Shown here: piece by piece, positions 58,633 through 64,000 of the stretch
How positions within the stretch are numbered: position 1 is the stretch's first letter
How the letters are laid out: every line of letters starts with the position of its first letter
NCBI GenBank assembly: GCA_045862955.1
Contig: BTVI01000012.1
Coordinates: 18,453 to 82,452, forward strand
Length of the DNA stretch: 64,000 bases
Direction of reading: 5' to 3'
Source of the DNA: Fimbriimonadales bacterium
GTDB taxonomy: Bacteria > Armatimonadota > Fimbriimonadia > Fimbriimonadales > JABRVX01
Made by a program: the position numbers and the translations under genes
The notes under the pieces: model-generated
Told to the model about the DNA's origin: nothing
Databases searched by the model: none
Seen by the model: the letters and a program-made list of their open reading frames with translations, nothing else

Positions 58633-59474
58633 CCCTTCGGTACCACCAAGAGGAATGCGAGCCCTCCCACTAGACCATTGATCAAAGGAAAGCGCCAGTA
58701 CGCACGCTCGACTACGCAGGGTGGTGCTGACACCAGTGCCAGTGGGATCGCTGGATAAACGATAGAACCAAGTGACCATGGCCAGAGCGTGCCAGACGCG
58801 ATCAGGATGACTGCTGCAGTAGTCCATAAGATACTGCATGCGATCAGCGAACCGTGTGGTCCCAGCATCGTCGCAGTCGTCTGGAGGCCGACCCTCCTGT
58901 CGCTCTCTATATCTGGAACCGCAGAGAATAGGTGCATGGCCGCGGTCCAACACCATGCTGCAATCACCGCAGGAGCTACCGGCAGCGAACCCGATGCCTG
59001 GTAGTATCCTAGGAAGCCGGGCAGAGCATATAACACGTTAGAGCAGGAATCCAGCAGAGCCCTTGCCTTGAAACGAAGAGGTGGTACGCTGTAGCCTATT
59101 GACAGCGCGAGGAATGCTGCCAGCATCACTCGCTCGAAAGCGCTGGATGCCAGCACGACGAGAGCTATGAGGAGCCCCGCGCAGATGGCAACACCGATTG
59201 CGACAACGCGTCTCTCCTCTCCTGATACCCGGTGTTCTCGGAGCTGCTTTTTCGGGTTCTGGGAATCCGTGTCGGTATCGAAAAGATCGTTAACTCCATA
59301 GAGGAGAAGGTTCGCTGGAACCAAGAAGAAGATCAGGTACCACGCAAAGAGAGGCGAGGCCAGATCTCGTAGCTCAGAGGCTCCAGCGGCATACCCGACC
59401 AAGTACGTTCCCCCTAGGTACAACCAGAAACGGAATCGCGATACGCGAAACAGGAGGGAGAGCGGACTCCTCAA
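58629..59474 (-). CDS. UbiA-family prenyltransferase, lycopene elongase (CrtEb/LyeJ)-like
   Basis: SRFRFWLYL.G, PANLLLYGVNDLFD.DTD..NPKK, YS.PPLRFK, MHLFSA.PDI..DR..GL.TTA; inside the crt operon. Confidence 0.85.
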   Translation of the reverse strand: MRSPLSLLFRVSRFRFWLYLGGTYLVGYAAGASELRDLASPLFAWYLIFFLVPANLLLYGVNDLFDTDTDSQNPKKQLREHRVSGEERRVVAIGVAICAGLLIALVVLASSAFERVMLAAFLALSIGYSVPPLRFKARALLDSCSNVLYALPGFLGYYQASGSLPVAPAVIAAWCWTAAMHLFSAVPDIESDRRVGLQTTATMLGPHGSLIACSILWTTAAVILIASGTLWPWSLGSIVYPAIPLALVSAPPCVVERAYWRFPLINGLVGGLAFLLVVPKG

Positions 59475-60301
59475 ATCCGAACTCCTATCTGGTTGGCTAG
59501 TCCATGGATGAGAATGCGAACGCCCGTCGGCCTAACCTTTCTTTGAAGAACTACCAAAGGGTCTCGCTCGATAACATCCGCTGTATAGTCGTACATGTCT
59601 GCAGCCGTCAATATGGCCGTGCGGTATCGCGAGGGGATCAACCTGAACCCCAAGTCGGCTTCCGATCGCCACGAGCGATATCTTGCGAGTTGGGTCCGCA
59701 TCAGGCGGCAGAAGGCATCCGGGCTGTCCCGTATCGCCTGGCGGGACACCGATAGCAGGCCAGACGCTCGAACATCAGACTGCGGAAGGTAGACGCGCCC
59801 GAGATCGAGATCCTCTACCACGTCTCTGATGAAGTTGATATACTGAAACGCCCTGCCCAGAAGCCTTGCGTAATGAGATGCCTCACTATCTAGACTCATG
59901 ATTCTAGCCATCATGAGGCCCACGGTCTCCGCCGAGCCGTACACGTAGCGAAGGGTGTCATCCAACGTTGCATACGTGCGGATACTCAAATCGCTTTCCA
60001 TAGCATCTAGGAATGACTCCACCCAATCGAGAGCGAACCCTCTTCGATTCTGCAGAGCGACGAAGTCAGCGATAATAGCAGGAACATCCGCGCTTCCTTC
60101 GATAGCACGCCTGTAGGTCGAGCGGAACTCGATGAGACCCTCCGCATCCTGAGGTCGGGCATCCACGAAGTCGTCGGCGGTGCGGACGAATGCATAGAGC
60201 GTCACTACGTCCTCACGGATCTCTGACGGCAGGAACCTCGCACTGTTGAAGAAGGTTCGACTACCCGACCTCATGATTCGCAGAGCCAGCTTGTTAGGCA
60301 T
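59471..60301 (-). CDS. crtB: Phytoene synthase
   Basis: SRTF, LYAFVR.ADDFVD, YVYGSAETVG, LG.AFQYINFIRDV.EDL.LGRVYLP. Confidence 0.93.
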   Translation of the reverse strand: MPNKLALRIMRSGSRTFFNSARFLPSEIREDVVTLYAFVRTADDFVDARPQDAEGLIEFRSTYRRAIEGSADVPAIIADFVALQNRRGFALDWVESFLDAMESDLSIRTYATLDDTLRYVYGSAETVGLMMARIMSLDSEASHYARLLGRAFQYINFIRDVVEDLDLGRVYLPQSDVRASGLLSVSRQAIRDSPDAFCRLMRTQLARYRSWRSEADLGFRLIPSRYRTAILTAADMYDYTADVIERDPLVVLQRKVRPTGVRILIHGLANQIGVRI

Positions 60302-61769
60302 GGTGGCCCATCTCCTCCGCCAAGGTCTGCGCAGTCACGGTAGCCGATATGAGTGTCATGGGCAAACCGATCCCAGGATGCGTGTACTGGCCCGAGTAGA
60401 ACAGATTTTTGACCCTTTTACTGCGACGCCTCGGCCGGAAAACCGCAGTCTGTCGGAGAGTGTGACTAAGCCCTAGAGCCGTGCCGCGAAACGCGCGAAA
60501 TGCGGACATGAAATCACGTTGACTGAAGAGGTTCCGCGACTGCACGAGGGGAGCTATCTTCTGACCAATCAGACATTCGACGCTGCTTATTATCCGGTCT
60601 GCGTACTTCTCTCGAACCGAATCGCTGTCATCCAGTCCTACGGCGAGTGGCACCAAGACGACGAGATTTTCTCCGCCCTCTGGGGCTATCGTATTGTCAG
60701 TTTTGGTCGGGCAGCAGATGTAATACGATGGTTTGTCCGGCCATGCTGGGGCATGGAAGATGGAGTCGAAGTGTTTCATCCAGTCATGCTCAAACGATAG
60801 CGTATGGTGCAAGAGGCCGTCTAATGGTTGGCTCAAGCCCAGATATATGAGCAGCGCAGACGGAGCCAATGTCCTACTATGCCAGTAGCGCTCACCGTAC
60901 GTCCGGTCACTCTTGCTAAGCAGATCGAGCTCTGCGTGGGCATAGTCTGCAGTTACCACCACTGCATCTACTGGATACTCGCCATGTATCGTCCTGAGCG
61001 CTTTCGCGTTACGTCGTTCCGTCGCAATGCCGAGCACTTCGTGATCGAACAATATACGTGCGCCCTGCGACTCCGCCAACGCTTGCAGGGCTGCCACCAC
61101 GCTGCCGATCCCACCCATCGGATACCACACGCCGAGGTTGAAGTCCACATGCGATAGCAGCGAGTACATTGCAGGCGTGTTCTTCGGGGAGCCTCCTAGG
61201 AAGACAACGCTGTACTCCAGGATTCTGCGCAGCCGCTCGCTCGCGAAGTACCTCCTAGCATAGTCGTCCATGCTCTGAAAGACATGCAGCTTGCGCCCTT
61301 CCACCATTGTCCTGCGGTTGAAAAAGTCGAAGAGAGAACGATAGTCCTTGTAGAGGAACTCGCGCATTGCGGCGCCATACTGGTACTCGGCGACCTCGAG
61401 GTATTCATCCAGCTTGGCTGCCGCTCCCGGCTCGTGATGCTCGAAGAGCTCTCGGACGCCGTCGAGTTCCCCCGGAACATCTACATAGTCAGAAGGGCCG
61501 AAATAGATGCGATAGGACGGGTCTAACCTGACTAGCTCGTAGTAATCGCTAGGATGCCGGCCGAACTCTGAAAAGAACCTTTCGAAGACATCGGGCATTA
61601 GATACCAGCTCGGGCCCATGTCGAAGCAGAAGCCGTTCGTCCGAAGCACGCCAGCGCGGCCACCAGCACCTGCGTTCCTCTCGAACACCGTAACCTCATA
61701 ACCATCTTTAGCTAGTAAAGCGGCAGAGGCGAGGCCACTGAACCCTGCACCGACTACACCGATCCTCAA
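60294..61769 (-). CDS. crtI: Phytoene desaturase family protein
   Basis: VVGAGFSGL, GGRA, FDMGPSWYLMP, GVWYP.GG, GTALGLSHTLRQT..FRP, THPGIGLPM; TTG start at 61769 after GGGAGG. Confidence 0.93.
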   Translation of the reverse strand: MRIGVVGAGFSGLASAALLAKDGYEVTVFERNAGAGGRAGVLRTNGFCFDMGPSWYLMPDVFERFFSEFGRHPSDYYELVRLDPSYRIYFGPSDYVDVPGELDGVRELFEHHEPGAAAKLDEYLEVAEYQYGAAMREFLYKDYRSLFDFFNRRTMVEGRKLHVFQSMDDYARRYFASERLRRILEYSVVFLGGSPKNTPAMYSLLSHVDFNLGVWYPMGGIGSVVAALQALAESQGARILFDHEVLGIATERRNAKALRTIHGEYPVDAVVVTADYAHAELDLLSKSDRTYGERYWHSRTLAPSALLIYLGLSQPLDGLLHHTLSFEHDWMKHFDSIFHAPAWPDKPSYYICCPTKTDNTIAPEGGENLVVLVPLAVGLDDSDSVREKYADRIISSVECLIGQKIAPLVQSRNLFSQRDFMSAFRAFRGTALGLSHTLRQTAVFRPRRRSKRVKNLFYSGQYTHPGIGLPMTLISATVTAQTLAEEMGHHA

Positions 61770-61968
61770 CCTTCCTCCCAAATCCGCATCTGGAATGTAC
61801 CATATATCACATGGTGGACTGCGCTTTGACCAGCACCCCAGCTTCAAAACCCTTCGACAAGAAAACCTCCCTGCGTGAAAGGGCCAATAGTCGGAACGAC
61901 TTGCAGGCATACGCTGTCTCCAGAGGACCCAAGACGGCCTAAGCCGCGTACGGTTGGTTGCGGGGTGA

Positions 61969-63318
61969 CTAATCCAGCAGCAGGTGGTGATGTACGATGA
62001 GTTCGGGGAGGCCACCGTGGAGGACCCGTGCGGCGGCGCGGTAGTCCTGTCGGCCCGTGTCACGGTTCGGTAGGGCGACCGCGCAGCCCACACCTGCCGC
62101 TCTCAACGCAATGATGCCCGGCTCGGTGTCCTCCAAACCGATGCAGTAGCGATACTCGTCCTTCCGAAGTCCCATTTGATAGAGAGCGATGCTGAACAGG
62201 TCGCGGTGCGGCTTCAGCCGTGCCTCGCTCGAATCGGAGGCCGTGACGAATCCGTCGTAGAAAGCCCGATGGTCCGAGAAAGCCCTCGCCGCTCGTTCCC
62301 GGACTTTGGGTGACACGTCCCACTGGTGCGCTTCCTCGGCCATCACGCGGAACACCTCCTGCACCACCGCGTGCGCCTCGTACGAGATAGACGCCGTGAC
62401 CAAGGCGATCTTGGCGGGCGCCTCGGCGAAGCGGCGTCCGAGTTCGGCAAGCCGACCTCGCGGAGTCTCTTCTCCCCCGAGCAATGGAGCCAATCGCCCT
62501 GCCTCTTCACCCAACAGCCCCTTAATCAGGGCTAGGAACACTCCGTAGCCCGGCATCGGCTCGATCAGGCGTCGCCCGCTCTCTCCGAGCAGCTCGTGCG
62601 AGAGCCGCTCTCCCTCTCCCCGCTCCACCGCCTGCAAGATGGTGTGGTATCGGGTGTAGTACACGTCCAGCGACGCGCTCACCTCCGCCGAGAAAGTGGC
62701 GGGGCGGAAGGCCGCGGCGAACCGCTGCACAAGGACTTTCGTCGCCTCGGCGAGCCGTTCTCCCTCGAGGCCCGGCTGCGAGGTCGCCGAGCAGAACTCT
62801 GGGTCCTGCAGCATGGCTTCCAGGCCGCAGTTGGCAGCGTTCAGCATGACGTCTTCGCGCCGTCGGCGGTCGTTCATGTTGCTCAGGGTCCACAGCGCGC
62901 TCTCGATAAACGCCTCGGCTATCAAATCCTGCCTTACCCAATCGCGATAGCGCGTCAGCAGGAACTCCGTATGCCGGAAGTTGCTGTTGCCGATGACGAA
63001 CGGGTGGTCCTTCACGGGGTCGAGGCCAGACCACTGCTCCTTGCTCATCCTTCCGGTGACGCGCCGGACCATGTACTCCAGTGCGTGCAGCGCGAGGGGC
63101 TCGGTGGTGGTCGAGGTGCCGTCCATGTCTACGGCAAAGGCGGCGACGCGGTCCAGCGGCCCTGGGTTCTTCGGTGCGAGGGGGTAGAGCTCGAATGGGG
63201 CGCTGACGAAGTCGAGGTTCTTCACCACCGCCACTTCGTCGGCACCCATCTCTCGGCACTGTTCACGCAGCAGGTCGGCAGCCTGTTCGGGGGTCAGGTA
63301 GCGTGCAAGTGGTTCCAC
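61969..63318 (-). CDS. HAD superfamily hydrolase with a large cap insertion
   Basis: DMDGT motif I, LVTAS motif II, LKP, GLEDTEPGIIA.RAAG. Confidence 0.82.
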   Translation of the reverse strand: MEPLARYLTPEQAADLLREQCREMGADEVAVVKNLDFVSAPFELYPLAPKNPGPLDRVAAFAVDMDGTSTTTEPLALHALEYMVRRVTGRMSKEQWSGLDPVKDHPFVIGNSNFRHTEFLLTRYRDWVRQDLIAEAFIESALWTLSNMNDRRRREDVMLNAANCGLEAMLQDPEFCSATSQPGLEGERLAEATKVLVQRFAAAFRPATFSAEVSASLDVYYTRYHTILQAVERGEGERLSHELLGESGRRLIEPMPGYGVFLALIKGLLGEEAGRLAPLLGGEETPRGRLAELGRRFAEAPAKIALVTASISYEAHAVVQEVFRVMAEEAHQWDVSPKVRERAARAFSDHRAFYDGFVTASDSSEARLKPHRDLFSIALYQMGLRKDEYRYCIGLEDTEPGIIALRAAGVGCAVALPNRDTGRQDYRAAARVLHGGLPELIVHHHLLLD

Positions 63319-63393
63319 GGGACCCCGAGCATACCGCGAGAGAAGGCCCGCGCGGCAGCTGCGGCCCAGACCCCGAGGACCGACCTGCAGCCG

Positions 63394-63918
63394 CTAATTC
63401 ACCCGGCGCAGTGTAATGCGGTGAGATGGGCCGGGCTTACCATCCACTATCTGGGACATCGTGGTCTCGTAGGTGTCGTCATCCGTGAACGAGCCCTTCG
63501 ACTCGAACTCCGCGCTGCCACCCACCAGCATCTTGAAGCGGGCGACGAGCCGACCCTCTTCGAGCGTGAAGTGGCCGAAAAAGACAGCCTCGGGCCCGTG
63601 AGAGTCGAGGTAGTAGACCTTCTTCGCAGCGGGGTCCCAGCCGACTCGGACGTCTACGGGGGCGCCCAATATGGTGCCCCTGCCGAGCAGCAGCTTCTTG
63701 TCCGCGCTCCATTCGTACCGCAGCGTGCCGATCGGCTTCCCGTCTTCACTCTTGGCATCCGTTACCCATGTGCCGCCTACGAGCCGGCCGATTTCGCGCA
63801 TCACACTGTCCCGCTCCGCGTCCGGTTTCACGTTCTCGACCTCACCCGTCTGAGCGCCCGCCCATGCCGCAATCGCCAGCACGCCGATCGCGCTCCAGAG
63901 CTTTGTTAACTGGGACAT
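63394..63918 (-). CDS. Hypothetical secreted protein (beta-barrel-like)
   Basis: Signal peptide (AWA-GA), LVGGTW, GWDP.....Y.DS.G. Confidence 0.75.
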   Translation of the reverse strand: MSQLTKLWSAIGVLAIAAWAGAQTGEVENVKPDAERDSVMREIGRLVGGTWVTDAKSEDGKPIGTLRYEWSADKKLLLGRGTILGAPVDVRVGWDPAAKKVYYLDSHGPEAVFFGHFTLEEGRLVARFKMLVGGSAEFESKGSFTDDDTYETTMSQIVDGKPGPSHRITLRRVN

Positions 63919-64000
63919 CGTTCCCCCCCCGGTCTGTTCGCCTCCCCCTCTCGGCGGGATGGGACATGATACACGATTTTGGCGCGCGAGCCCGACGGGC

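Noticed and set aside
61770..62093. N-terminal extension of crtI
   Set aside because: It overlaps the HAD gene; the Rossmann motif starts right after TTG 61769, which has a good RBS

Overview
This is a GC-rich bacterial chromosomal window. The gene families (prepilin/H-X9-DG protein, PEP-CTERM protein, secreted proteins with dockerin-like C-termini) suggest Armatimonadota or a similar lineage; that assignment is inference. Housekeeping and metabolic genes include a tricorn-type protease, prpD, a kynB/kynU-like pair, tRNA-Thr, 2-oxoacid dehydrogenase E1/E2, prkA-yeaH-spoVR, flhG, divIVA, radC, ygfZ, dnaN, dprA, ftsZ, a degenerate dnaA-like gene, a CBS-GGDEF protein, a MATE transporter, GH172, GH127 and a C45/C50-type carotenoid cluster. 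Between them lie several families of palindromic REP-like repeats, and one RAYT transposase sits within its own REP arrays. The most striking observation is a tandem pair of paralogous secreted proteins (28931-30043 and 30749-31855). The second has a single in-frame TGA exactly where the first has the second Cys of a CxC motif, followed by a SECIS-like hairpin, making it a candidate new selenoprotein (CxU). Other leads are an HNH nuclease plus Cys-His-Asp protein pair bracketed by inverted repeats, an MshEN-pseudokinase fusion next to flhG, a GT2-IDI fusion, and a CRISPR-like mini-array with a 61-nt period. All calls come from reading motifs by eye; no searches were run.
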